Shown: positions 35,901 through 48,274 of the stretch, piece after piece
Layout of the letters: every line of letters begins with the position of its first letter
Numbering within the stretch: the first letter of the stretch is position 1
Made by a program: the position numbers and the translations under genes
NCBI GenBank assembly: GCA_000708835.1
Contig: DF236954.1
Span: 62,001-126,000 of the forward strand
Reading direction: 5' to 3'
DNA length: 64,000 nt
Source of the DNA: Klebsormidium nitens
Lineage: Eukaryota > Plantae > Klebsormidiophyceae
The notes under the pieces: generated by a model
What the model was told of the DNA's origin: nothing
The model's database searches: none
Seen by the model: only the letters and a program-made list of their open reading frames with translations

Positions 35901-37761
35901 TAGACAGTCCTTTAACGTTGGGCTCTATGCTCCCAATCTACTCGTAAACCTACTCGTAAAGCCCTCACAAAGAACGACATGTTTGTCATGTTTCGTCCTC
36001 ATTCCAAATTCCAGTCGAAGCTGGTTGTGTGAAAATATACGCCAGAAGAAGCTCACCAGCCAGGGGAATAGGAGCAGGGGCTGAGAGAGGGTATGCAACG
36101 TTGCACTGGTTGAAGTAATTTTGGAAGCCCTGGCGCAGCGACGGGCTCGCAAAGATGTCCAAAACCTCCTTCAGCTGGTATGTGCATTGCACATCCAGGC
36201 TCCGGATCGCAGCACAGGTCGGGACGCCCTTCACTGCGTCGCTGAAGAGGTTCTTCTGCAAAGTGGAGTTGAAAGATAGTTCTTAGACATTCTTCGATGG
36301 ACTGGTCCTGCTGCTTAAAAGGTCAATTGCACGTTGATTCAATGGCAGTGCCTCGAGCGCAGAAGTGAGGACTGAGGCATTACAGAACGACACTGACAAG
36401 GTGCACATCAGAACCGCTTCTTGAAGTTGGATCAGAGCGCACAACAGACGGAGTATTTGGACTTCTGAGACAACATTTCTAAGCCCCCAGAGAATCTTTG
36501 AGCAAATCTTGTACTCAAATTGAACCACTTGCAATGTTATGCAAACCGGTCCTGCTCGGATTTAGAGGTCAAAGTCCCATGAGCACCTTCTTACTACAAG
36601 CTTCTACCATATACGATTGATAGCCTAGGAGCTGGAAGCACAAACCTATGATGGCAGATCCCCCTCAAGTTGCGTGTAATCTTCCCCCCACACCTTGCAT
36701 ATCGCAAGGCAACCTGGCCTACAATAGAGCAGTCCTGTCGTATATTGTAATTTACTATGTTCAAAGGGCCTTCCAGGGAGGTCAGGAAATGTGCTGAACT
36801 TACGAAGCAGTAGCTGCCATCAGCGGCAGTGGTACACCAGTATGCCGCAATCACGTCGAGGTCCGTATCCACCGGAGCTGCACACCTCTTCCCAAAGTTT
36901 GTGGCATAGAAGGCCTTCTCTTGCCAGTCCACAACTCCTTGGTGCACAGAACTGTAGCACACAGAGAATTGATGGGCTTAATAACCAACCACTGTCATTT
37001 CAAACTTTCCAAGCATGGTTCAGACAGAATATATTGGTCCTTGGGGCGCTGCCTTGGAACACTACCTCAATGTGGTTGACTTCCACAGACTACTCATTTG
37101 TGTCTTCATTATTAGGTAGTCTTTCAACCAGTGCGGTGCCCTAGATCTACAATTGTCCAACACCTGTCCTCTATTGATCTTGACCAACAAATCTGAGCAA
37201 GCAGGCAAACCAGCAGTTCTAAGCAGTCAGACAAAGGCAAATTAGTCATTTGTGTAGCTATGTCTATACACCGAAACTCCAACTACATATAAGCAGGCAA
37301 GTGTGTAAAGTGCCAGACAACCTGTCGCAGACTTTTGCAATTGCTTGTTTCAAAGAAGCAATGCAAACACTCATTAACAGACTGTCTCTCAAAACCACTA
37401 AAGACATAAGCTTTCTTTGCAGTTCCACTTGTTCAGGCAAGTCAGCAATAAGGGGTCAACTTGAACAAGAGCTGAAACAGCGAAACAGCCCTCACCAGTA
37501 CCAAGCACAGAAGTTGCCAAACTCCGCCTTAGTGCTCGTGAAATTCGCAAAGTCGAAGTCTGCAAAGCCACCACATGCGGGAAGCGAATGGAGTGCCGTG
37601 GCTTGGTTCTGCAACCGGATGGTTTCACAGTGCAAGGCCTGCTGCTGCTTGATGAGCTGCTGCTGTTGAAACTGCTGCTGAGGTGAGAGGTTTGCAGTTG
37701 CGCAGGCGAACAATGCTGCTAGCCAAAAGGCCTGCAGCAAAACTCCCCGCCCTGGAGCCAT
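32986..37761 (-). CDS. Secreted/cell-surface Cys-rich protein (about 600 aa): signal peptide, 10-Cys N-domain, four 8-Cys repeats, Ser/Thr/Gly spacer and a hydrophobic GPI-like C-terminus
   Basis: Exons 37496-37761, 36804-36951, 36057-36255, 35480-35676, 34738-35056, 33902-34107, 32986-33453 (1803 nt, phases match). Signal peptide MAPGRGVLLQAFWLAALFACATA. Repeat consensus CP(D/N)G-x5-9-C-x4-C-x4-C-x7-C-x4-C-x2-C-xn-C. Tail GIMVVLGAAVSALVVFA*. Confidence 0.8.
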
Positions 37762-38254
37762 GTCGAGGAGACCGGATCTTTCAATGCAGCGTCTGGCGCT
37801 GAAACTTTCAAGGACTTTCCACAACGGAGTCACGCCACTTCGAAAGCTCCAAAAAGCTTATGCGGAGATGGGGACGGAAAAAGTTGGTTATCAGCTGATC
37901 AACAGATGCTCATTCACATTCAATCGGCCTCCTTTTCCACCAGAATTCCGGGCTGGGATTATGCAAAGGATGATGAAGACAAGGTGGAATTCATGATCCG
38001 CGACCTTCTCTCTTGTCTATGATCCGTTTGCACAATGCAGACCAGCCCGCAAAAGCCGGAGTTTACCGATTGGTGCGTACCGCAGAAACGTGCTCACCTA
38101 GTTGACCCCAGTCTCTTCCAAAGCTGGTATGATACCGTCGAGTACCGAGCACGCTCCGGGCCACAAGTGTCGCGCAACCAGGCCTCGTGACATCACGGAG
38201 TGACCCGACCCGAGTTGACTTGCGTCAGCATCGAATGGGGCACGTTCACTGGTC

Positions 38255-38295
38255 CGGTCGAGGGCCCCGCCGCGGGCGGGCCGCCCCGCCCTGTT
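38255..38295. promoter_or_regulatory. GC-rich core between the divergent Cys-repeat gene and ISN1
   Basis: GGGCCCCGCCGCGGGCGGGCCGCCCCGCCC lies between the starts at 37761 (-) and 38533 (+). The role is inferred from position. Confidence 0.35.
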
Positions 38296-38532
38296 TTGGC
38301 ACATGGTAATGCTATAGACAACTATTATCGCTATTGTCCCCGGCCCTAGTTACTAGCTCACAGGGAGGGAATGCGCTGCGTGCAGAAGCTCATTTCTGCT
38401 CTGCAGGTTATTACTGCCACTTGCGCGAAAGACTTCAGCTGACGCAGCCTTGCCTCTCCTCCTGTGCTTAGAACACCTTCTCTAATACTGGAGAACCACA
38501 TAGAATGCGCTGAGAGAAGACCGGCGGTGGTG

Positions 38533-41500
38533 ATGGCAGACTTGGTGCAATGTCAAGGGTTCTTCGACATCAGAAAGGTCTCTGATTCGAAAGCTCTGAG
38601 AGCATCAAGGGCTGCAACAGCGACACCCCAACTGGTGTTGCGCAACGGTATCCTTAGTGGTACATTCAGAAGCGCTGGAAAAAGTTGGAGCTCAGCGAGA
38701 GCGCAGTCTGCGGCAGCTGGGTGGCAAGGTGGCAGTCAGTGGCCCCTTCGATGGCCGGTGGTTAGGAACCGCGCTTCATCTTTAGGCAACCACAGCTCAC
38801 GGCAAGCGGAGCAAACTCGGTCAGGAAGGCCTCGAAGGTGCAGGTCTCTGAAGAGTGCCACTGCAATACAACTAGAGCGAGAGAAACTGCAGAGCGAGCT
38901 TGGTGCGCCCTTCTGGCCCCATGATCGGTTGGAAATGTCCCGAGCACCAAAATGTGGGGCCATGTCTTTATGTGAGGCAAGGTTTGTGGAAGAGCGGAGG
39001 GGGAGGCGAAAGTTGCGGAGAAAGAATGTTGTAGCAACCCTTGATGCCCTCAAGACCAGTGGCTCTTCGGCGCGGCTTGGAAGAACGCAGCGAGAAGCTT
39101 TAGTTAGTGCCACCAGTGTACCTGGTGTCGAAGTTGAAGGCCAGAGTGTGGCCCACTCACATGCTCAGTCCATTGACACCGCCCATGAGCCCTCCACATC
39201 ACAGCCTGTACAGTTGGATACATTTGATGAGTCTTCCAGTAGCACCAGTTTGAATGCAGGACTTTCGAGCAGCGAAGCAGAACACTTGGCGGAAACCTTA
39301 GTGGAATCTTTAGCGGAGTCAAACGAGGCGGCGATTGGAGTACTTGGAGGTTCAGCCGAGACTGCCGACGAAAGTAGTGGTGTGAACAGGGGCGATTCCT
39401 GTTCCACCAGTCTGTCGAAGCACCGCGAGAAGTACTGGAAGGGGCTTATTGACACTGAGAACTGGGAGGCACTGCACTTGGATCGTGCAGGATCCGTCAC
39501 GGATTCGCACGTCTTGCGGCGGAAGGGGCACTTGAAGGTGAGTCAGCAAAAGACAGACTGATGTTGACGGTATGAACCAGGACCCACGTCAGCTTATAGA
39601 TTGCAAAAGATATTATGCTTGCAAATTGCGGCAGAAAGGTCACTGTGAAGAGTCCGCAAACTTGCGCTCAAGGGTATCAGCGGGCAATGTTGGAAGTGTG
39701 ATGGAAAGGGTATGAGAAAATATGAAGTACGCGACTGCGTCGAATCACGTAAGCCGCTACGCAACGAGCCGCTCAGAAGATTTGAAAACAGGAGAGCTCT
39801 GCGCTTGTGACTCTATGTTATCGGACCGAGTGGTGAAGAGAAGAGAGGGAAAGGTGGCATATTTTTTGTGGGGATCTTCTTGGTCTTCAGACTGTGGGCT
39901 ACTTCTAGTTAGACATGGTCTCCAACAAAAGGTTCTGCGAGCGGTTGGCTCTATTCCACCGTTTGGAAGGACTCCGTATGCATCTCGCTGATGCAATTAT
40001 TCATCCCAATTGAGATGCGAATCTTCTTTGGGGAGCGAAGCGGGGTCTGTGCATCACAGCATGGCATTAACTAGAGGCGAGACAAATGCTGGCCACTTTT
40101 CTGGCCTTGTTTCAGGAACAAGATGGCCTGATCGACTTCATCATCAGTATGCACCAGATGCTGTCCCCATATGAGGTAAGAAAGGCGCTGATGCCATCAC
40201 CCTCCTTCCGTACGATTCTGTTCCATTATTCCAACCCGTCCAAATGAGGACGCTTGCAATTGGAATTGATCAGAACGGCAGGAACAGGACGCAGGCCAAT
40301 ACCTGACTGCCAAGTCACTACTCCGCCCGAAAGGAATCACTTACGGACACTGTAATCGTGAAGCCTAATACAACACTCGTAGCAGGGTCCAACTCAATCC
40401 CCACGAAAAGGTAATTCTCGCCTTTCATTCGCAAGCCTGGAACCAGCAACGGCCACTGTCTTCTGCCGGCAGTCTGATTATTGCCTTGAACGTCGTCCCC
40501 TCTTTATATCCGCCGAGTTTGTTCATCTCCTACATTTTGAAACGAAGGAGGTGGGGGTTCGTTTTGCCGAACGCTGACAACATGCTTCCTACTTCCCATG
40601 CCTGACCATCACGCACTTGCAATTTCAGGTTGCACCATCAGGCAGGAGCTGGCTTTTGAAACGCAACAAGAAAGGGATAACGGCAATGGGAAGACGCGCA
40701 TAAGAAGTCGGCGAGGCGGCGAGACTTGAGCCATCACTGAGACCCTATCAATATTGGGGACTGAATCTTGTCACGCACAAGGAGGCAAAGTGGCAAGATG
40801 TGATTATCAGCGAGAGCTTTGAATTCAGGGACTCGAATCTGACATCTCCGAAACTCTGCAGGTAATGGAGAAGGTGGAGTAGTGGGTGTTGGAGCATCGA
40901 CAGGACCACAAGCGGAGCACGCTGAAGCGGCTGGTGCCCTCCGTCGGCAAGTTCTACACGCGCCTAAAACTGGTCGACGCACTCAAGGTGAGACTTTGGG
41001 GGTTGTGCGTTGAGATGGATACCAAGGAACGCCTTTTCAAGCTGACAAGGGATAGTATATCTGCAAGTGTGGTTGGTTGATCCGATGGTACTTTCAGACC
41101 ACGGGGGTTGACATTAGCGTTATGTTGCAGAAACTCTTAGAGCGTCGTTACCACTGCCGCTGCTGACTTCCGTGGAGAAGCACATCTGCCTTACACGCAG
41201 GCCAAGAGCTTCTTGCGTTATTTTTCGTAGCGATTCTTTCGATTTCCGAGAGTCCCCGTCTGAATGCGCAGTTTCGCATTCAGTCCGTCCTGCTTACCTT
41301 TCAGACTGTCCAGTTGATTTCCGCGGCTACAAATGAACCGGCAATTATCTCAAGCCGTTACTTCCTCAAACTCCCAACTTTCTCAAGCATCGGAAGATCA
41401 GAAACTGTCAACGACATTACTCTCACCAAAATCAACATGAGTGCCCTCAGCACCACCGTTCAGCAGCGACATCTCCAACAAAAGCAGAGTTCGAAACAGA

Positions 41501-44500
41501 GGGGACGCCACTGTTCTTTGCAGGAGTTTGACGAAAATTTTCCGTTTCACGTCGCCGCTACGTTCCGGCGAACATTTTTGGTAGCTGAAGAGTTCAACTC
41601 CTAAGACGAGTGCCGTCACTATCATTCAGCGTCGAAGCTTTCGACCACGATCCAATCTTTCAAGTTTTTCATCGAATCGAATAGAATGAAGTCGAAAGAC
41701 GATACGCCCTTCGTTTCTGCGCGAATACGACGAGTCTGCCTCCTTCTTGCGCCGCCGCTACGTCCCGCCCAACTTCTTTGATTACTGATGGACAATCCTC
41801 CATGAGTTTTCTCACCACCATTCAGTAGCGTCTGTTTTGTTTCCCAGCATTTCGATAAATAACGCTGACTCTCTTTGCAGGAGGACGACAAATTCGCCTC
41901 CTTCTTGCGCCGCCGCTATGTCCCGCCGACACTTATCAATATTCGAGACGGTCCTCATGTGGCTATGAGCACCCAACACCACCTCTACGATTGCATCTTT
42001 GGAAGCAATCGAGTGAGAATTAAATTCCAGTCATCGAACGCCCTTTTCTGTTGCAGGAGTACGACGAGTTCGCCTCCCTCTCGCGCCGCCGCTACGTCCC
42101 CCCCAACTTCGCGGAGATCCGGCACATCCTCAACATCGCGCAGCTGCACGCGTCCGCCGAAGAGCTCGCACTCATCACGTTCGATGCGGACGGGACGTTG
42201 TACGCGGACGGACACCACATGAAGGACGACAACAAGATGATTGGGCACATAGTCGCGCTCATGAAGCGGGGAATCAGCGTTGCAATCGTGACTGCGGCAG
42301 GTATGCGGCAAGAAGTGTGTGTCCTTATTGTGGGTTTCTGGTGAGCAGCTCGGTTTCGATGAACGGTGCGACTCCTTTTTCCCTAGCGTGAAGACGACAG
42401 TAAACGATTTGGGCATTTGGTTACGGACTCGTAATAAACTTGACCAGCTTTGCACTGTTGCTGCGGCAGATGGGCGACGGGGCCTTGCCTTTCTGGTCAA
42501 TGATGACTTTCACAAACGTTTTGATTTTTGTTTTGGCTACTCAAGTAAGCTCTTCGATTCGTCTTCGAGAATTGTTTGCAAAGAGCTTAACACCATACGG
42601 TGCCTTTCCTTTGCTCGTGGCTTGCTCAGTCCTTTTCTTGTCCACACGTGGCCGTCCTTACGGAAGTAGCGCACCTTTCGAGGTCAGAACATGTACAGCT
42701 GTCCGTCTGCACGTGCTTGCAAAGCGGTGAAGACCAACCAGCGGACCCACTGCCTTGCAACACCAGGGAAGGCTCTTGAGTTTTCTCTTTGGTGGGTCTG
42801 ATTCCGAGCTTCTTTCTGTCCCCCAACAGGTTACCCGGGTGAGGCCGCCCGCTTCGAGGGGCGCTTGGCGGGACTTCTGGCGGCGTTCGAAGCGCTCCAG
42901 CTCCCCCCCGCAACGACGAACCTGTTCCACGTGATGGGGGGCGAGTGCAACTACCTGCTGAAAGTGAACGACCGGTATCGGCTGGAGTTCGTGGACGATT
43001 CGCTGTGGAAGCTGGAGAGTATGCGGGAGTGGGGGGCGGACGACGTGGAGCGATTGCTGGACGACGCCGAGGTGAGGAGTGTACTTCTGGGTTCGAACAC
43101 GGGTTTAGAGTTCGAGTTAGCTTTTACCAGGTCTTTTGGTTATGCACTCGTCGAGCATGTTGGACTAGGGGGACGGGGACGTGGAACGGTCGCTGGACGA
43201 CGCCATTGGTAGGACAGTCTTAACAAGCCAACTCTCATCAAACGCCGACTCCTGACACCAAAGCCTAACCCGAGAACAATAAATCGAAAAACCGCTTGGA
43301 TAACACCCTGGTTGTTCACCTTCTCAGGCAATTCTGCGGTGCCTCTGCGCGGTTGCGCGTGCCGTCGGCAAGGAGCGTACGGTGGGCATCAGTGGTACCA
43401 CCGTACTGCCTGAAAGAAAGATTTCAAATTTGAGCCCTTGGATGTCGATATTCCAAGATTCTTGTTCTCCCAGGCGATTCTGCGGTCGGCCTCCGCGCGG
43501 CTGCGCGTGCCGGTTGCGGTGATCCGCAAAGAGCGCGCGGTGGGCATTTGCCCGGTACAGCCCACCATCTACGAGGTGCTCGAGGAGATTGCGCTGACAG
43601 TGCAAGCGCAGCTGGTGGATTCCAAACTGCCCTTCTGCGCTTTCAACGGGGGAAAGGACGTGTTTGTCGACGTAGGTAAGACCCCCAGAAACGCCTCCTG
43701 CAGGCAGACCATACCGTTCCACATGCAGGTTTGGTATCACGCCGAACGTAAGGCGCGCAGTCTCCTCATGCAGATTGCTTGCGCCGAAGTCTTCTGTTCT
43801 CCTACTCTGCTGTCCAGTGCTTGGTTTCAATTTGTTCGTTTCTGGTTCCTCGCTCTTTGGTTTTGCTGTTGACGAAAGTGATCTGGCGAATTCCTGCCTT
43901 TTGGTGCATGTAACGGGGTAGATAGGAATTGGACCTAATCACTTGTCCTCCAGGGTGTTTGTCAGAGTGCACTGAATGTTCCAACCCCCGTCCTCGTACT
44001 AAAAACAGCGTCTGTCAATCGTTCTCTCATCAACTGCGCTAATGACAACCAATGTAAGTCTTTTAATCACATGTGTTGTTGTTGGAAGCGGAATTAAATG
44101 AGTTCGTGACTGTGCACAGGTAACAAGAGCCTGGGCATGGCTGCACTACTACAGTATTTGCGGAAACGGCCCGAGGAGACCCTCCATGTGGGCGACCGGT
44201 TCACGGTGACCGGTAACGACGGGGCCACCCGCAGCCGGTGCTCCATCCTGTAAGCTTTACTGCGACACCTTGTCAGTCTGATCTCTTTCTTTTTTAGTCT
44301 TTCGGGATATTTCTCGGATGTCCTGGGACTTTTGGGCATGGCGGTCGCTTCAGAAAATATTACACCTTTTCAGCAATATTAAGCTGTCCTATGGCTGCTA
44401 AGATTCGCGCTCGCCTCATTTCCGTCTTCGTCGTTCTTCATATCTCTTTCTGAGGATCTAGGGCTGTTGAGATTCCTAGCAGATTCGACGCCGCCTTGCC

Positions 44501-44899
44501 GGGCTGAGCATAAATTGCTCTTCCTTCAGACGGAAAAGTGTTGGACGAGGAAGTACATTTTTGGGCGTTCATTCCGCAACTATTCCAGTCAGTATCGAAT
44601 CTTGCAATCGCCCGCCCTGCATCGTTTGTACTTTCCCTTTGCATGCCCTCTTAGGTGACGTCAGCATCCCTTGAAGGATTTGCAGATGCAAAGAAAAAGA
44701 CATGTGCTTGTGAATGCTACTCGGGATGGATCTACACTGATATTGTCCGGGTGTTCAAGCAGGATTCGAGTCACTTTCTGCTACTGAGTCGTTCTCCGTG
44801 TTTGCCAGGTGGGTAGCGAATCCAGAGGAGACGGCGTTCTTCGTGCGCATGCTCCTGCGAGATATCCACCTCTCCAAGCTCACACCGTACTTAGAATGA
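38533..44899 (+). CDS. ISN1: IMP-specific 5'-nucleotidase (HAD family) with a long N-terminal extension; in-frame TAG at 40880-40882
   Basis: Exons 38533-39537, 40116-40175, 40862-40987, 42057-42300, 42830-43071, 43474-43675, 44120-44249, 44809-44899. Motifs: RRRYVPPNFAEIRHILN, LITFDADGTLY, VAIVTAAGYPG, VMGGECNYL, PFCAFNGGKDVFVDVGNK, LHVGDRFTVTGND, WVANPEET. Confidence 0.9.
41511..42110 (+). repeat. Degenerate tandem array of the ISN1 intron-3 acceptor plus exon-4 start (3 copies plus the real exon)
   Basis: Copies begin at 41524 (EFDENFPF-RRRYVPANI, 1-nt deletion), 41723 (EYDESASFLRRRYVPPNF) and 41881 (EDDKFASFLRRRYVPPTL). The real exon at 42057 reads EYDEFASLSRRRYVPPNF. Confidence 0.9.
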
Positions 44900-46339
44900 G
44901 TCCCTGTCTTTGCTATAAAGGTAGGACGAAGTTCCCGAGGGGGTGTCTGTCAATTAGCTAGGGGCTCTTCGTTAGAACGCGAGCAATAGGTTATAAGGGT
45001 GGGGGGTGAAGAACTATCAGGTTAAAGCCAGCAGCGTAGGGAAGCGCACAGGTTTAGGAGTAGGTGTCTTAGGATTTGGCTGCTTGACTTCTAAACGGGC
45101 ACCTAAATCTGATCAAGCAGAGACTTCGTGAAATGCCCGTTAAGGTAGAATGAGTGATCCAAAACAAAACCTAGGCACGGGTGAGCTAACCCGATCACAC
45201 TTTTGCGAGGATCCTTGTACAATGGTTTGCTTGACCAGGACCCGAGAGTCACCCTTTGCCAGGTTCTGGATACGTCCGACGCTCTAGCTGGTGGCTTCAA
45301 GCCCGTTTTGTGAGAGTGAACGGTACTCAGGCTTCTAGTTTGACCGCAATATCAATCAGATGTCAGTGATTATACCGCTTCCATGTTGCATGCAAAGCGG
45401 CGGCAGGCTCAACGTACATACGTGCTCTTACTTACTGCTGCTCCTTCAGGGACGTTGGAGGGTATTCAACCAGGCTTGGCAAACCTGCTGCCCAATCATA
45501 AGGGTTTTTGCCGCGTACCACGGCTTTTCTGCGCGTGAGAAACGTATGCACACTGATCATTGACGGTCGCAGTCATGAACGTAACCCTGTCACTCCTGCG
45601 CACATGTGCCTCAGAGGCGGCGCGACAGGGCGGCTAGATGCACCGGCATGCATATGGTGGACTGGCAGCACAATAAGGCACCGGCCTGCATGAGAAGGCA
45701 AGCTTACATGACAAATACGGCCGGCCAGAAAAGCCCATGCAATGGCTGCCAAAGCGGAACATAATATTAAAGAAGCTACTGTAGGTGCACGCACTGACTT
45801 GGTCCTGGAGTATACTAGCCAAGCGGCTGGAGGCGACACCCGGGGCTGCTCTTGTGTCAAGCAAAGTGGTTGCAACAAATTGACCCACAAAGCTCACTCA
45901 GCCCGCAGCTACTCTGTCCTGAATCGAGTCAGGCCTTGCTGCAGCAGGTGGGCGACTCGAATGGGATCGGTGACGAGTGCACGGGGAAATTATTTTGCCG
46001 CGGAGCAGACCAATGAACCAGGCGGCTGCCAGTAATTGCGAGGCAGACTTTCGTCACTTGCGTGCGCGCATGCACGCAAGCTCGACAAAAAAGATCGGTC
46101 ATCATTGATTTCGACAAAAGTCTCGTGGGCCTGGCAGCGTTGTGATGACAGCGACTCTCACGAACTCGGCGCTGAACCTTGCTTTCATCCGTTCACAAGC
46201 ACAGACAATTCTCCTGCAAAACGCGCACAATCAGTGTTGAGAAGTAAAAAGGACAAGCAGCCTGCAAGGAGGATAAGCGCGGTCAGTTCGTATTCGAAAA
46301 GATCTTTTCTGCGGACTCTGCCAAACAAAGGTGGTCAAC

Positions 46340-48274
46340 ATGGGTAGCCCTCACGGTCCAGCTTCGACCCTTGAGCCAAGTTTCGATTGCGTGATCGTTT
46401 ATGTAAAGGACGTAGACAAGTCGGTGGAGTTTTACGAGAGGGCGTTCGGTCTGACTGAAAGAAGGGAAGAAGGTCGCCGGAAAACCATGTGGGCGGAGAT
46501 GGAGACGGGGGAAACGACGCTGGCGTTCACAGCGATCACGAACGCGCTGGGATACGAGCAGGTGGGTGAAACGCGTACGATGAAGCTGCATGCACTTCGA
46601 ACTATAAGCTTTTTCCTGAGCTGAGAGTCGGAGATGGGCACGTTGCTAAAATGAGCATGAGATATTGCTGTTGATTGCCTGAAGGATGTGAGTAATCCTT
46701 TCGAGTTGAGTTATTTGTTTCTGTCTCGGTTTTGATTTGTTTTGACGAGTTTGAAGCCCGGTCTTAGAGTTGACATCAGAAACGGGTTCGTCTTACTTGC
46801 ATGCACGTGCGCTTGATTCCAATATGCATGATTGAGAGGTCACGACAGCCTTTTCATCAGGTTAGCAGCGCTCTTATTATGCCCTGATTGCTCCGAAAGA
46901 GTGGTTTTGTGAGGATTGCAGGGTCCATATCTGGCCCGTAAGAAGTTCTAGCCGGATTGGCAATGAGAGCGAGCGTTGCTGGGTTCTTTCCAGCGGTTCA
47001 CCCTCTGTTCTGAGCCATTGTGAGGCGCAGCGGGGTCACCACGTCGATTCGCTGGAAAGCGAGCTTTTTTGAGGGTGTTCTCGGTCTTTCATAGGTATCA
47101 GACCCTTAAAGTCTCAGACTAGCGAGGTGATCTTCAACAACAAGGAACTGTGTGTGGCTATGATGAGGCACCAATTGGATGAGTTTCCAATATGTAACCT
47201 GAAGCCACCACCGAAAATAATGCGTCTCCTTTTCTCCAGGAGAACACAGGGGGGTTTTACATCATTGTCTCCAAAACAAATCCTCCAGGCCAAATTTCGA
47301 TCTGCTAGACTTAGCTGCCATCCGGATCAAGATCAAAGTTCGATAGTGCAAGCTCATCCTATAGTTCCTGCCTTTCTCAAGGCGACCAGAATCAGTCTCA
47401 GCTATGTCCCATTTCAGCTCACCAAATATTCAGCACAAAGGCAACTCGAGCTTCGTTTCTTTCCGTTCCGCAGCGCGACGTCCGGCTGGCGGGCGGCATC
47501 GAGCCGCCACACGATCAGAGCGACACGCCCCCGAATGTCGTCATCAGTCTGATGTATTCTGACGTGCACGCGGCGTACCGTCACGCGGTGGCCAACGGAG
47601 CGCTCGGGATGGCGCCCCCGGAGAACAAGCCGTGGGGGATGACGGCAGGGTGCGTCATGCTTATGTCTGCAAGATGCTTGCCATTTGATTCTGTAAGAGC
47701 TTTCCCGTTCGCTGTGCCGAAGTTTGTTGATCGACGTTGGATTTCTGCTTAAGCTAGTAGCGTCTGTTCTGTCTCTTTACGTCGAAGTAACAGCGCCTGT
47801 GGTATGGGTCTGCCTCTGGCGATTGATGAAAGTCGTGAAGAAAGTTTGCGTTGAGTCTCTGCTTTGAATCGCCGTCTCTTTTAGGCACAGCTCTGGCTGA
47901 ACAGCTTGTACTCCGTTTCTGAAGCATCTCGTGCATCACTCGCTGATGGTCCGAACGAGATACGTCCGCAGACATCAGCCCATCAATTTCATTGGATCAA
48001 AAAATATCTGCCCTCGTCTTTCCTTTGACTAGCTCGTCTGTTGACTATTGCAAAGCCAGTTCAAACTAGAATTTGAAGTCAGGTTTGGTTTCCAAAGTGT
48101 TATTCGACCTCTGAGCGCTTCCGGCCACTGCTATCGGGGTTGCCTCGACGAGACTGGGCATCCAGAGCTCCAACTGTTACTGAACAAGAAATCTGGTTTT
48201 CGCGGCGCAGGTACGTGAAGGATATTGACGGCATCCTTGTGCAGCTCGCAAGCCCTGTCCGGGGTCGCACATGA
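46340..48274 (+). CDS. VOC / glyoxalase-bleomycin resistance family protein (about 153 aa)
   Basis: Exons 46340-46561, 47474-47649, 48211-48274. Reads VIVYVKDVDKSVEFYERAFGL...WAEMETGETTLAF...SDVHAAYRHAVANGA...PENKPWGMTAGYVKDIDGILVQL. Confidence 0.9.

Noticed and set aside
40880-40882. Alternative nuclear genetic code (TAG/TAA read as Gln)
   Set aside because: Only one internal TAG was found across all the spliced models, and TAA/TAG terminate RAF2, the RLK, two F-box genes and SYF2 at expected positions.
46922-46937. Candidate micro-exon cag|GGTCCATATCTGGCCC|gtaag in the VOC gene
   Set aside because: 16 nt would break the frame; exons 1 and 2 already join in phase 0.
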